This document shows, in pieces, positions 24,201-36,765 of a DNA stretch of 64,000 nt. The notes beneath the pieces were generated by a model. That model was not told where the DNA came from. It did not search any database and saw nothing but the letters and a program-made list of their open reading frames with translations. A program made the translations under genes and the position numbers. The stretch spans positions 6,587,779-6,651,778 of the forward strand of contig MU058198.1 in NCBI GenBank assembly GCA_013265495.1, in the 5' to 3' direction. How positions within the stretch are numbered: position 1 is the stretch's first letter; every line of letters starts with the position of its first letter. The stretch is from Vicugna vicugna. Its lineage: Eukaryota.

Positions 24201-27200
24201 TGACCCCTGTTCCAGGACTATTACTCAAGGACCCTGAGTGGCAATATTTCTAAATAGGAAGATAAAAGTGTGGAGCTTTCACTTGCTTGAAAGTGAAGTT
24301 AACACAGAGGAAAGCAGAGCTGAGAAAAGGATGATCGAATTCCTGTCAAAGTGTCAAAGTCCTGGAACCAGCTTTACCTGAAGCTCACCCTGGGACTTTC
24401 CATTATGAGAAACAATACAGTCTCATGTGAGGGCTTACAGTTTTACAAAGGGCTTCTGTCACCTGCAACCAAGAGTTCTGTCTAACACACAGCTTCACAG
24501 TGAGGGCAGTTAGGCTTCTTGCAGGCTTGGCAGAGTGAGCACTGCCTTAAAAGAGGGGTGTCTAAAGATGGGGAAGGGGGAATCAGTGAGCACATTGCCG
24601 ACCTCCCCCCAAGCTGTGACCAGACTCACCCTCAGAGCCCAGTGCCAGTCCCCAGCCACATCCTTCACTTTGGAGCCTGCAATGTAACCCAGACCACTGT
24701 GGGGAAGGGGTGGGGGAGGAGAGGAGACAGAGGGTCAGTCATGTCCCAGGCGAGACCTTTCCACCTCCCCACCAGGCCAGAGATCCACTCACCTGCCCAC
24801 TGGGATGGCAAAGTAGAACACACTGAGCATCCGGCTCCGCTGGTCTGCCACGAACAGGTCAGCGATGAGGGTGGGCGCGATGGTGGAGTAACTAGCCTCT
24901 CCGACTCCCACCAGGCCCCGGGTCAAGAGGAGCAGCCAGAATTGCTGGGGAACGAGAATGGGGGAGGTGGCACCCCACCCTACAACCAGCCTCCCAGCCC
25001 ACTTCACCAGCCAGCTCTGGAGAGGTGCCAGGGATGGCAGGAGGGGCCTGGGTTTTAGAATCAGACAGACCTGATCTTGAATCCTGGCTCCACTACTTAC
25101 TATCTGTGACTTTGAGAAAGCAACTTAACCTCTCTGAGCCTCAGTTTCCTTATCTGCAAAAGGGGGATAATAACAATTTGTTCACTGTTGTGAGAGCTGG
25201 ACAACAAAAGGTCTATTCATTACCTGGCCCCCAGTAGGGACAGAATAAATCTTAATTTCTAGACATCCCAATAGTGAATAATGATCTTAGGTGGGGGCAT
25301 TGATTTGTCTGCCAAAGACAGCAGAAGCTAAGGACAAAGCACTATCACCCAAGGAGATCGTCACACAGGAGGTAGTGTCTGGGGCAGAGAGTGGGAACAG
25401 AAAGAGGAGATTTCAAAGGCGCTAAGAAGCAACAGGCAGGGAAGCAGGACAAAAACCTGAAAAGCGGCAGCACAGAAGTTAGAAGAGAGTTTCCAGAAGG
25501 AAGAAGTGGGTCAACAGAGCCAGAGGCTTGCAGGAGATTTAGCGAGAACAAGACTGGGAAGTAGGAGGCACTGTTGACTTTGGCAATGGAGTGGTGGGGG
25601 CAGGTTAGCCAGCAGCGCTCAAGGCAGGAGTGGGAGGAGAGGAAGTGCAGGCAAATGAGAGCTCCTCCCTGGCTGCTTCTTCACCCAGAGTGGAGCTAGG
25701 TCAAGGGGGCCTTTGGGGAAGTCTGACTAGGAAGAGAAAGAGGGAGAGGACGGCCCAGGTAAGGTCTTTCCCATGGTAGAGAAACGTGAATGTTCAGGTA
25801 TGCAGTGGAAGGAGTCAATGGTCAGGGGGAGAGGGGATGATGGACAGAAGAAGGTTCTGGAAGAAAAGGGGGAGAGGATAGGGTGGGCAGATAACGCAGG
25901 CAAGCAAGGGATATAAGATGGCATGGACCAAGGAAACTGCAGAATATCCCCGGGCCCCGTCTACAGTGACTCCAAAGAGCAGCAGCAAAGACTGATAGGG
26001 GAGTGGGAGGGGTGGGAAGGGCCAGAAGCAGGAGACAGCGCGGGACCTCACCTCTCTGGGGATGAAGGACGACCCCAGTGTCACCAGGGACCAGAAGGCA
26101 ATGCCCCCACACATGAGATACTTCCGATTGTACCTGTCACCCAGGTAGCCAAACACAGGTGCCAACACCATGTAACTGGAGATGAACACTGGGGGGAAGC
26201 AGAGAGTCACAGCCCAGCCCCAGTACCCCTCCACCACCCCCACCCCAGCTTGGGGGAGGCGGGTAGCCGGGGCAGGAATAATTCCCAACCCTGAAACTAT
26301 CAGAGCTTCCTGTGGGGGAGGGAGGGGACCAGCAGTGGGAAGGGTGTTGTCCAGCCCCATCTGCAACATCTTTCAAATCTTCCATTGTAGAATGGATGGC
26401 CCAGGGGTGCACTATCTGATCTAGCCATTCCCTATGTCTCCAACTTCACTTCACGCTCATCCACTTTCCCTCTCTGCACCCCAGTGACCCAACTGCCAAG
26501 CTCAATACCATCTTAAGGTTTTGGACGCCTGCTGTCCTCTCTGTTGGGAACAGTCTGTCTTCTCCCCTGAGTTTCACAGACCTCAGCTCTTGTACCCTTC
26601 AGCTCCCAACCTTCCCATCCGCCACATATCCAGTTACTATCACTTTTACTTGGTCGTTTTTTTGTGTTTTTTTTAAATGGAGGTAGTGAGGATTGAACCC
26701 AGGACCTTGTGCATGCTAAGCATGAGCTCTACCACTGAGCTATACCCAACCCCCACATTTACTCCATCTTTTATGTAACATTTATTCCTACAGAAAATTA
26801 TCTCATTATTAGTTTAGATTTTTAGGGACTGTTGCCCCCTATGTACAGCAGAACATTGGCTCCAGGATGACAAGGACCTTGCCTTGACCGCCTTTCCATC
26901 CCTTAACACACAGCCTAGCACAAAATAGGTGCGCAATAAACATGTGTTGAATGAAAACACGAATGGGGCACCTGAGAAAGGCCTGTTTCTTCTCTAATTC
27001 AACAACTCTTTAGAGCTTTGCAGCCCTGGACCTATGATCCCATTCTCACTCCATTAAACTTTGGCTTAAATGCCTCCAGTTCCTTAGCGGCCTGGAATGG
27101 AGCAAAGAACACTGCAAGACCTGGTTTCAAACTCCTCTTCAGCCTTGAACTTGTGTGACCCTAGGCAAGTCTTAACTCTTCTCCAAGCCTCAGTTTCTTT

Positions 27201-28310
27201 ATTTAAAAAAATGTAGATAATACCACCTACTTCCCCTATAAAATAAAAATAATGACACTGTTTCCTGGGCTGCTGAAAGGGTTAGAAAACCATGGGCATA
27301 AAAGGTCTTAGGCAAGTTCTTTGGATGTCAATTAGCACTTCCCCAGGGTCTGGCAAGTGGGAGGTGTTCAGAAATGAATGAAGGAGGGATGGAAGGAAGG
27401 AAAAGAGGACTTGGCCCTGGCATTGCCTCTCCCACAAATCCCAAAGTTCTAAACAAGTAAAACTCACCCTTCCCCCTTCCAGACACCCTCTTCTGCCATT
27501 ACTTACTGGGTGCCTACCATTTCTCAACATTGTACAGTGCACTCCACAGGCATTATCTCCTTTAATGCGTACATCAGCCCTATGCGGTGAACTGTTACTA
27601 ATTCCATCTCACCCACAAGGAAAGTGAGGCTTAGAGAGGTTGAGGGCCTTGCCTACCACCACATAGTGGAAAGCTGAGATTTAAACCCAGGTCTGTCTTA
27701 ATCATTACACTAAACTGACTCCCTCTTTAAATGTGGTTTCCTAACTAAACAGGACAGCCCCAGAGCAGAATCACGGCCATCTCCTCCCCTAGCTCCTGGT
27801 CACCATAGCTCCCATAAATGAGGTCCCAGGCACGCCACGTATGTGGCCCCAACTAGGGTAGAAAAGAAAAAAGAGTTGCTGTCTGCCGAGGAAGAACCTT
27901 CACTCACCGGTCTGGATGAGGCCGGAGCTACTGTCTCCGATGTCAAAGAACTGCTCAATGTCCGGAAGGACGCCTGGGAAGAAGACTCAGGATGGGCTCG
28001 GCCACGCAGCCGCATCTTCGGGACCCCGCTCCCTTCCCCTCGTCTAAAATTTCTCTCAGAAGTCAGTACCAGCCACGGTGAAGCGGTCCATGTAGTTGAG
28101 GAGGTTGATGTAGCACAGCACGGCCACTATAAGAGCCGAACGGCCCGAAGACAAGCCCGTGATGCGCTGCAATCCCTCCCGGACCGGAACCTCGGGATCC
28201 TCGGACTTTGGGTTCCCCATGGACCCTGGCATCGTCGGAATACCAGGCACCGGCCCGTCGTCCGTGTCATCTGCCTGGCTGAGGAAGGGCGTGGTGTCGG
28301 ACCCGGACAT
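21252..28310 (-). CDS. SPNS1: Spinster homolog 1, lysosomal MFS lysophospholipid transporter (528 aa, 12 exons)
   Basis: Exons: 28070-28310, 27908-27973, 26052-26188, 24793-24944, 24630-24696, 23795-23940, 23334-23489, 22869-23058, 22442-22507, 22079-22177, 21636-21807, 21252-21346; 1587 nt, in frame. Motifs [45 protein letters not shown]-terminus RVPVSSVLI. Confidence 0.98.
23643..23660 (+). promoter_or_regulatory. Candidate CTCF site in SPNS1 intron 6
   Basis: TGCCACAAGGGGGCAGTG closely matches the CTCF core CCASYAGRKGGCRS. Confidence 0.6.
26657..26754 (-). mobile_element. tRNA-Ala-derived SINE (vic-1-like), SPNS1 intron 2
   Basis: Reverse complement of the same SINE head with a poly-T tail. 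Confidence 0.85.
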
Positions 28311-28920
28311 CGTGTCCGCCAGCGCTCGGGTCCCACCGACGATCCCACCTGCGAGGGGAGGAGGCTGGAGAAAGGAGGATGAAGGGAGCCCAGGAGAGGG
28401 AGGTGCGCCCAGAGACCGAGAGGAGCTTGCCCCGAAGCACAGAGCACGGGGGATGGAACCCGGGCTCTATCATGCGTCCCCGCCCCGGCAGACAGACCGC
28501 ACGGAGGGGACGAGTGGCACTCGGGCGAGATCGAGGACAGCAACTGTTGAGGAAGGCTCGATTCCCAGTCCCCCGACTGAAGCCACCCCTCACCCCGGGT
28601 AGGAGCCCACCGCACTCGCAGCAACTCAGCCCCGGCCCTGCACCACGGCCGCCGCCATGTTGCCTACGAGCCAGTCATGTGACACTGGAGCCCGCGCGGC
28701 AGACGCCACGGCGGGCCAGCCCCCAACACGGCTACGCAAGCCGCGCGCGCCCCTGCGACTTCTCCGCCGCGCCCGCACCACGTGACTGCGGCCGGTCACC
28801 GAGGTCCTCACCCGGCTGCGTTCCCGCCGTGACTGCCGACCTACAGCTGTCTGGGTGAGCTGGTACAGCCCCTCCCGCTGAGTCTCGGCTTCCTTATCTG
28901 CAGTGCTCACTCGGCGCACT
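27900..28920 (-). promoter_or_regulatory. SPNS1: SPNS1 CpG-island promoter with CLEAR/E-box and YY1 motifs
   Basis: Dense CpG; GTCATGTGAC 28674-28683; CCACGTGAC 28778-28786; GCCGCCATGTT (YY1) 28651-28661. Confidence 0.8.
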
Positions 28921-29674
28921 TTTTACCCAAGATCAAACGAGATAATGGAACCTTAAAAGGTTCTCGAAATAGTAAATATCTCTAGAAGTGCCAACGAACA
29001 GTTCTTGGTCTCGATAATTACTCTCTTCCCCACGGTGTCCCGTTGGGGCTTCATACATGCTCAGTAAGTTTTGGATGAGTGAATGAATGGTGAACAACGG
29101 TCCCTAGCCCTGGGTTTTCACACGACCTGGTCCCTTTCTTTCGGATTCCCCAGCCCTGAGCTTTCCCTGCAGACGTTGAAAAAAGCTTTCCTAGACCCCA
29201 GCCACCGCATCCGGAGCCGGTCCTTCCTCACCTCCAACTGAGACCGAAGCCCATGCGCCCTCTGATGGTCTCACTTAGAACAGGCGGGGTTTCAGGAGAC
29301 TCCTAGCCGCGGACTGGACTCAAACCACAGAGCCCTGGCACCAAAACATAGCTTGGTTCCGTAGTGCCCCACATCCCCATCGCCAAGCTACAGCTAACAT
29401 ACTTTTAAGTAAAATTAGTGTAGTTCTATGCAAATACAGCTTCAAGACCCATAATCCAACCAGACTTGTAAGCCCCTCTGCTGAAATTCTAGTCTCCTGT
29501 GAGCACAGGGGCCCCCAAGAGGCCTTATCAGAAACTCCAGTCATGGCTCTACTTGGCGTTGCCCCAGGAGATACTTCATATTTCGTAACATTATGCCTGG
29601 TCTCCCTTAAGGGTCTAAAGGAAAGAGATGGAGTGGAACTTCGGATTGTAGTCACTGAATTTCCTCAAGACTAT

Positions 29675-30345
29675 TTCTTTTTCTTTTTCTTTTATTGAAG
29701 TGTAGTCAATTTACAATGCTGTGTTAATTTCTGGTATACAACATAGTGATTCATTTATACATATATATTCCTTTCCATATTCTTTTTCATTCTAGGCCAT
29801 AACAAGGTATTGAATATAGTTCCCTGTGCTATACAGCAGGACCTTGTTGTTAATTTTATGTATATAGTACTTAGTATCTACAAATCCCGGCTGCCAATTT
29901 CTCCCTCGCACTCCCTCCTCCCCCATACCCCCCCAACCATGTTAATTTGTTTTCTTTTTTTTTTTAAATTGAAGTATAGTCAGTTAAAATATGTCAATCT
30001 CTGGTGCATAGCATAATGTCCCAGTCATACACATACATATATTCGTGTTTGTTTTCTATGCCTGTGAGTCTGTCTCTGTTTTGTAAATAAGTTCATTTGT
30101 GTCCTTTATTTTAGGTTCCACATATAAGTAATATCATGATATTTTTCTTCCTCTTTCTGGGTTACTTCACTTAGTATGATGATCTCCAGTTCCATCCAAG
30201 TTGTTGCAAATGACATCATTTTATTCTTTTTTATGGCTGAGTAGTATTCCATTCCTGTGTGTGGGTGTGTGCATGTGTGTGTGTGTGTGTGTGTACACAC
30301 CATGACTTCTTTATCCAGTCATCTGTTGATGGACATTTATGTTTC
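29675..30345 (-). mobile_element. LINE-1 3' end fragments (nested) with (TG)n
   Basis: Two poly-T-led L1 3' ends (~29675 and ~29950) and ttattctttttatggctgagtagtattccatt; (TG)n 30256-30293. Confidence 0.8.
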
Positions 30346-30479
30346 TTCTTCCTTGAGACTATTGAGCATCTATGTGCCTGTCACTGTGCCAGGTGTCAGG
30401 CAAATGCAAATTCAGTCCCTACCTTCACGGAGCTTATCTGGAGGAGACAGATATTCATACCATGTAAAATTGCACCTGT

Positions 30480-31430
30480 AAAATTAAAAGGCAAGCCACA
30501 GGTTGGAGGGAAGTATTTGCAAAGTGTGTATCTGACAAAGGACTTACATCCAGATGTATAAAGAGCTCAATAAGACAAAAAAGCAATTTTTTAGGTGGCA
30601 AAAAATTTGAACAGACATCTCACAAAAGGAGACAGATGAATGGCCAGCAAGTATGACACCACTGGTCATTATGGAAGATACATTAAGATACCACCGTACT
30701 AGAATAGCTTAAAAAAAAAAAAGCCCTGATAAAGTACTGGAAATAATATGGAGCAAAAAGAACCTCATACAGTGCTTTTGGGAATGCAAATAGTACAGCT
30801 ACTGTGAGAAACAGTTCGGCAGTTTCTTTAAAAATTAGACATGCACTTTCTTTGTGGCCCAGCAACTCCATTCCTGCATATCTATCAACAAGAAATGAAA
30901 ACATGTCCCCCAAAAAAACCTGTATGCAGATTTTCACAGAAGCATTATTCATAATAGCCAAAAAAATGAAAAAAAAACCCATGTGTCCATCAACTGGTGA
31001 ATAGTTTATCCATGCAATGGAATACTACTCCACGATACATACAATATGGATAAATCTCAAAAACATTGTGCGAAGTGAAAGACCCCAGACACAAAAGACT
31101 GCATACTGTACTGCTCCATTCATACAAAAATCTAGAGAGGGTAGCAGGTAGAGCTCAGTGGTAGAGCACGTGCTTTGTGTGCATGAGGTCCTGGGTTCAA
31201 TCCCCAGTGCCTCCCTTAAGGGAAAAAAAAAGTTTAAAAAAATCTAGGAAAGGCAAAACTGACATGATAGAAAGCAGATTGGTGTTTGCCTGGTGTCCGG
31301 GGGGGAGGAGGAGGTACAAACAGGTACCAGGAAACGTTTGCAGGTCTGTGTACATCTGCTAAAACTCATTGAATTGTAGACTTAAAATGAGTGAATGCTT
31401 AGGCATATAAATTAAATTCCATTAAGTTGT
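30480..31430 (+). mobile_element. Old LINE-1 fragment interrupted by a SINE
   Basis: aaaatttgaacagacat, agcattattcataatagccaaaa, tggaatactact. Confidence 0.75.
31136..31236 (+). mobile_element. tRNA-Ala-derived SINE (vic-1-like)
   Basis: agctcagtggtagagc...gaggtcctgggttcaatcccc; aaaaatctag repeated on both sides. Confidence 0.85.
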
Positions 31431-31959
31431 TTTTTGTAAGCCTGTAGCCCAAACACAATACCACTGGATGTGAATGAAAAAAAAAAAACTTTCTGGTTAT
31501 AAAGGCAAATATTTTGATGCTAATTGATTCTGCCAAATGGGAAAAATATTTGGCTGTTCTCCAAATACAGGTTCCTTTTAATGTAATGGATCCCTCTATT
31601 AAAATTCCTTTAAGGTTAGATAAAATAAATATGTCTGTACAGGCCTATTGGTTTAAAGTGGAGCCCAACTTTTGCTTTATTAGCTTTGGAAATTGTGGCT
31701 TGTGAAATAGAAGTACATGTGGAATTTCTTGGAAAAAAAGTTCATGTATGACAAGTGAGACAAAAAAATAAGTCTGGCATATGGGTATCATGAGGACCTA
31801 ATAACTGGGGCATTTGACCGGGTCAGGGAAGTTTGAGAGCCTCTCTGAGGAAGTGGTCGTTGGGCTCTGCAAACAAAAGAAGAGCAAAGAGCAGTTGGCT
31901 CGGCATCCAAGTCTACAGAGATTAACCTCCTGCAGCTGCTGACTGACCGTGCACTCGAT

Positions 31960-32402
31960 GCTTTGGACAAAGAAGTTAAGGCGATAACCGGATGAAGCTT
32001 TCTGGGCTTCAGACAGAGGAAATTAAGGATGACAGGATGCTCTGGACAGTTTTGGACAGACAGGCTGTTAGATAGTTAATAAGCATTTCAGGAAGAATTT
32101 TAATGAACCCTCTTCTTGCATCTTCCTGTACATAGAAAAGCACTATGCAGGGGTGGGGGGAGTCGTGTAAAAGATAAAGAAAAGCGCTGTAATCACTAAC
32201 TTGAGAAAACTGTTCTTGTGAGTAGCAGGTATCTTTTACCAAAATATATGCTGACGGCTTGTATTCCTTGACCAAAAAAAAAAAAAAAATTACATGTAAA
32301 CTGGCCTCACCCTCTACCTCTTTGGAGCAGTTTTTCAGAGCTATCTGAGAAGCCATCTCCTGGGCCATAGTTCTCGGTCAGACCCTGAATAAAACCTCAC
32401 AT
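31960..32402 (+). mobile_element. ERV1 LTR fragment (MER41-like)
   Basis: ctggcctcaccctctacctctttggagcagtttttcagagctatctgaga...ccctgaataaaac; family name from memory. Confidence 0.5.
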
Positions 32403-32809
32403 GTAGGGGAGGGGCAATCATTGACTTTCCAGGAGGGAAGAAAGAGCGATCCAGGCAGCAGGAAGCACATGCAGAGGCCCTGCCACAGAAGCAAGCATGA
32501 TGAACTGAAGGAATGAAAGACGAGCGGTGTGGGAGCAGTGATGGGGAGGCTGGCTGGGGAACAGGCAGGGGCCAGGCTGGGCAGGGCCTCTCAACCATGT
32601 TTAAGTTTCTTCATTTTAAATCAGAATTGGATTTGAGAAAATCACTCCGGCTGGATGGGGAAGGGGCCAGAGGGGCAACAAAGTGAACTGTCAGTGGCTG
32701 TGGAACTAGGCTGCAGGCTGTGATATTTATACCAAGATGGGGCAGAGGAAGGGAAGTAAACTTCTTTGGGGCAGTTAAGTTGATTTGGTGATGGAGAAGA
32801 TTGGGGGAT

Positions 32810-32901
32810 GGGGGAAGGTAATAGCTCAGTGGTAGAGCGCATGCTTAGCCTGCACCAGGTCCTGGGTTCAATCCCCAGTACTTCTATTAAAAAAAAAAAA
32901 A
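32810..32901 (+). mobile_element. tRNA-Ala-derived SINE (vic-1-like)
   Basis: Same head followed by poly-A. Confidence 0.85.
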
Positions 32902-35781
32902 GGGTGAAACTTAGGTTTTGGGCTTTGGGACTCATGCAATGAGATGGATGCAGTGGGATTCTCTGAGACAAAGAATTTATTCATTCAACAAACATTTGTT
33001 AGGTAACAACTATCTGTCAGACACAGCTGGAGATCTTTGAGAAGAACAAGATGTAGTATTTGTTCTCAAGGAATTTACAGTCTAGTAGGGAAGAAAGATG
33101 TAGACCAAGGAAAACATAGCTCAGGAGTGTGCTGAGTTAGACCCCTGTTCCAGGCTAAGGAGGGACATGCAAGAGAGAATGTGGCCAGTCCTGCGGGGGG
33201 CTTTACGCAGGGACTGGCAAGGGTAGAGACATGGGAGGCTTTAAAGGCATGAAGCTATAGAAAAAAGGAAAACATCTTGCCACTCAGCAGTGTGGCAACA
33301 CCTGGGAGCTTATTAGAACTGCAGCATCTCCTGCCCCAGACCTGCTGATCCCCTGGGAATTATTGCAAGCTCCCAGCTGATTTGTGTGCACGTTAAAGTG
33401 TGAGAAGCCCATGTCTCATTAAGAATTCTGAGTCCTCCACAGGCCCATCTGGTTTTATATCTGGCTCTGTATTCAGTGGCTGCGTGGTCTGGGACAGGTT
33501 GATTCATCTTTCTAAGCTTCTGTTTCTCTCCTGTAAAATGGGTAATAACACCACCTCCTCCCGGGCTTGCTCTGAGGACAAATGAGGTGATGAAAAGTGC
33601 CAAGCGTAGTATGTGACACCAGGTCAGGGGTCATTCAAGTTTTGAAGGTTTCTTTCAGGAGAGTTTCAGAAAGATTTCTTGACAAGTGGTCAGTCTCTTT
33701 AACCAAAAGGACGAATAATCTCACTCGTCATAGAAGTAATACAAATTCTTTTACAATGAGTAGTGTTTCCCATATCCTCCCCAGATTAAATGCTGGGGAA
33801 GATAAGAAGAAAATGGAACCTTCTAGCACTTACTAACGGATTTAGAAAGAGGTCCGACCATCTGTACTCAAGAGAAAGTGGGCAGACGCATAGACAAATC
33901 CACAATTCCATACCTGGATATAAACCTGAGAAAATGCCCACTCAGGATCACTACAATATTGCTTGCAGTAGCAACGTCCTTGGTTACAAGTGACAGAAAT
34001 TCTCCAATAGCAGTGATTTAAACAAGACAGGAAGTTCCCCTTCCCTTGAATGCCCAGATGTCAGCATTGCAGGGCTGGTAAGATGCTGTGTGGAAGCTGA
34101 GAACCCCAGGCTCCTTCTCTCCTTGTCCTGCCCTGCGTATCTTCCTTCCCCAAGATCACCTTGTGTCAGTAAGGATGCTCCACTTCTAGTCACAGGCAGG
34201 AAGACAGTGAAAGAGAGGGACACACACTGCCTGTTTATGGACACGTCCTGGAAGTCACACCCCCTTCCCCTGAATCTGCATTTGGTCACACCTGGCTACA
34301 ACAGGCTGGCAAGCACTGTCTTCATGCTGAAGTCTCTGTGCTTTGCTAAAAACCAGGGGTTCTGTTACCCTGGAAAGGGAAGAATGAATGTGAGTGGGAC
34401 AACTAATGGTCTCAGCCACAGGGGCCATGGGGGGTGCTCCCGTGAGGGACACAAAGACAGAAATCCTCAAGTATACACAAGTTAAATGTATTCCCATTTA
34501 TTCTGCTGAGATTGAATATATAATTTTAATGTGTTCAGACTTAGTAATGAACATAAAATATCTGAAAAAAAATTAGTTATACCATATCATGGATTATTTA
34601 AATGTTAAAAAGATTTCTTTCTCTCTATATTTCCCATCTTATAAGTTCAAAGGAATACCACATTCCAACACAAAAATTTTTTTAAGAAAGTGATATGCTT
34701 TTGCCAAAATTATACCACATGTCAGTGGAAAATTCATGGCTTTGTTAGTAAACAGTGCTGAGAAAATTGGCTCATTATATGGTGAAAATAAAACTTGGAT
34801 CCCAGAGGCAAAGGTGAATTTCAAAGAGTTGAAAATTCATATTAACAGTGAGCAGCCAGTCCAGCCTGGCATCAGCCAAGGAGAACAAATATTTGACCAC
34901 ACAGAGCAGATGCCAGCCAGCACACATACCAGCATGGACTAGCTGGACTTCAGCCTAATATTCAGTGGCCTAAATGTGAAAGAAAAGCTAATAAACTAAC
35001 AGAAGAAAATGTCAAATATCTTAACAACTTTTAAATGAGAAATCAAAAAGCAATACACCAGAAATTAACACAACATCGTAAACAGACTGTAATTTTTTTT
35101 TTAAAAAGCAGCAAATGATACAACAAAATAGTTAATTCCTCTATATTAAAAGTTAAGTCATCTACACTATTCAGTGAAGGACACCCCTGGATATGCAAAC
35201 ATAGGTGCCATTTTGAGAGTTATTTGCAACTGCCCAGGAATAGATGAGCAGTCTTGAGACTAAACAACAACAAAAAAGACAGGAGGCCCCCATGAGAAAG
35301 TGAGCAAAGATAAATAAACAATTCACAGAAAGGGAAACCAAAAAGGCTGACAGGTCTATGAAGAGATTCCCCAAATTATTGGTGATCAGATGAATGTATG
35401 TTAAAACACAGCACCACTGTGCACCCATCCAACTGGCAAAAATTAGAAAGCTGGGCAGTAACCAGTGCTGGGGAGGATCAGGAGACATGGGAAGCTTCAA
35501 GTGGGAGGGTCAGTGACCATTCTTAAAAAAAATAGAGAAATTAACCTGTCTGACCTATAATCCCATCCTGGATACCTCTGCTGGAGAACTTTCCACAAAG
35601 CGCAGAAGGGGACGCATTCAGGGATGTTCATCGTGGCCTCGTATATGTGCTAGGGAGTCGGAGGCACCCAGGTGTCCACCACTTAGCAAATATGGAAGTA
35701 AAAGGCAGTTGACACCCACCGTGGAATCCCTCAAAGCAGGTCAAAGAAATGATGCAGATGGAGCATAAGCAATGCATGTTG

Positions 35782-35890
35782 TGGGGGAGGGGCACAGCTC
35801 AGTGGTAGAGCACATGCTTGGTATGCACAAGGTCCTGGGTTCAATCCCCAGGACCTCCATTCAAACAAACAAACAAACGAACAAACAACC
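35782..35890 (+). mobile_element. tRNA-Ala-derived SINE (vic-1-like)
   Basis: Same head followed by an (AAAC)n tail. Confidence 0.85.
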
Positions 35891-36765
35891 CCACACAGGT
35901 TGAGTGAAAAAAGGAACAGCAGAAGATCTACAGCATAATATTACATACGGAAAAAGTATATTCACACATACAACGTGGCATTTTTCAAGGATACAGTCAC
36001 ATTCAAAGACACGTAATCAATACATTAGTATGGGTGTTTACAGGAGAGGACAGTGTGAAGGAAGGGGACAAGTCACAAAACTAGAGAAGCCTTGCATGGA
36101 CTATAATCCAGAGATCCGAAACCAAAAGGCTAAAGGTGCTCAGCTATGCCTTAAATAATGTGTGTGCATCAGGAAGGTGGCTCTAAAGGGTCGTGGGGTG
36201 GAGGACACCCCAGGCTGAGAATCTACCATATTCTTTAAAAGACTAACCCGTGATCTGCTATGCTTAAGCTAATATGTGCGTGAGCTTGATCATTTAGTTT
36301 CCTGCAAGCCAAGGAGCCCTGTCTGTGCCTCCTGCAAACTTCACCCCCACCCACAAGTGACACTGAGGCCACTGCTGGTCCTAGATGTGGCATAAATTCC
36401 AGGCCTGGAATCCCACACCCAACCCTTATTTCAACTGCTCCTTAAATACGAGCAGTTTCATAACAGAGATTTCAGTGAAAAAAAGGGTGAGGGATACCTT
36501 CTGCGTATCCCAGGGGGCTGCAAAACTCAGTACCCGATGTGCATGGAGCCACGGTCCACCCAGGGTGGCAAGGACAACCACACAACTAATCAGGTAGCTA
36601 ACAGCTTGAAACGGGTCGACAGGAGAGGGGGTCAAAGATCACTCCTTGATTTTGCTTCAGCTTGAAGATAAGGTCTACCTCAGCTTCAGATGACCCTTAT
36701 GGGGCCAAAAGGGGGCAGCCGGTCTCCCCAAGTCCAGGCTGGGCCTCCAAACAGGGAGTGGGGTT

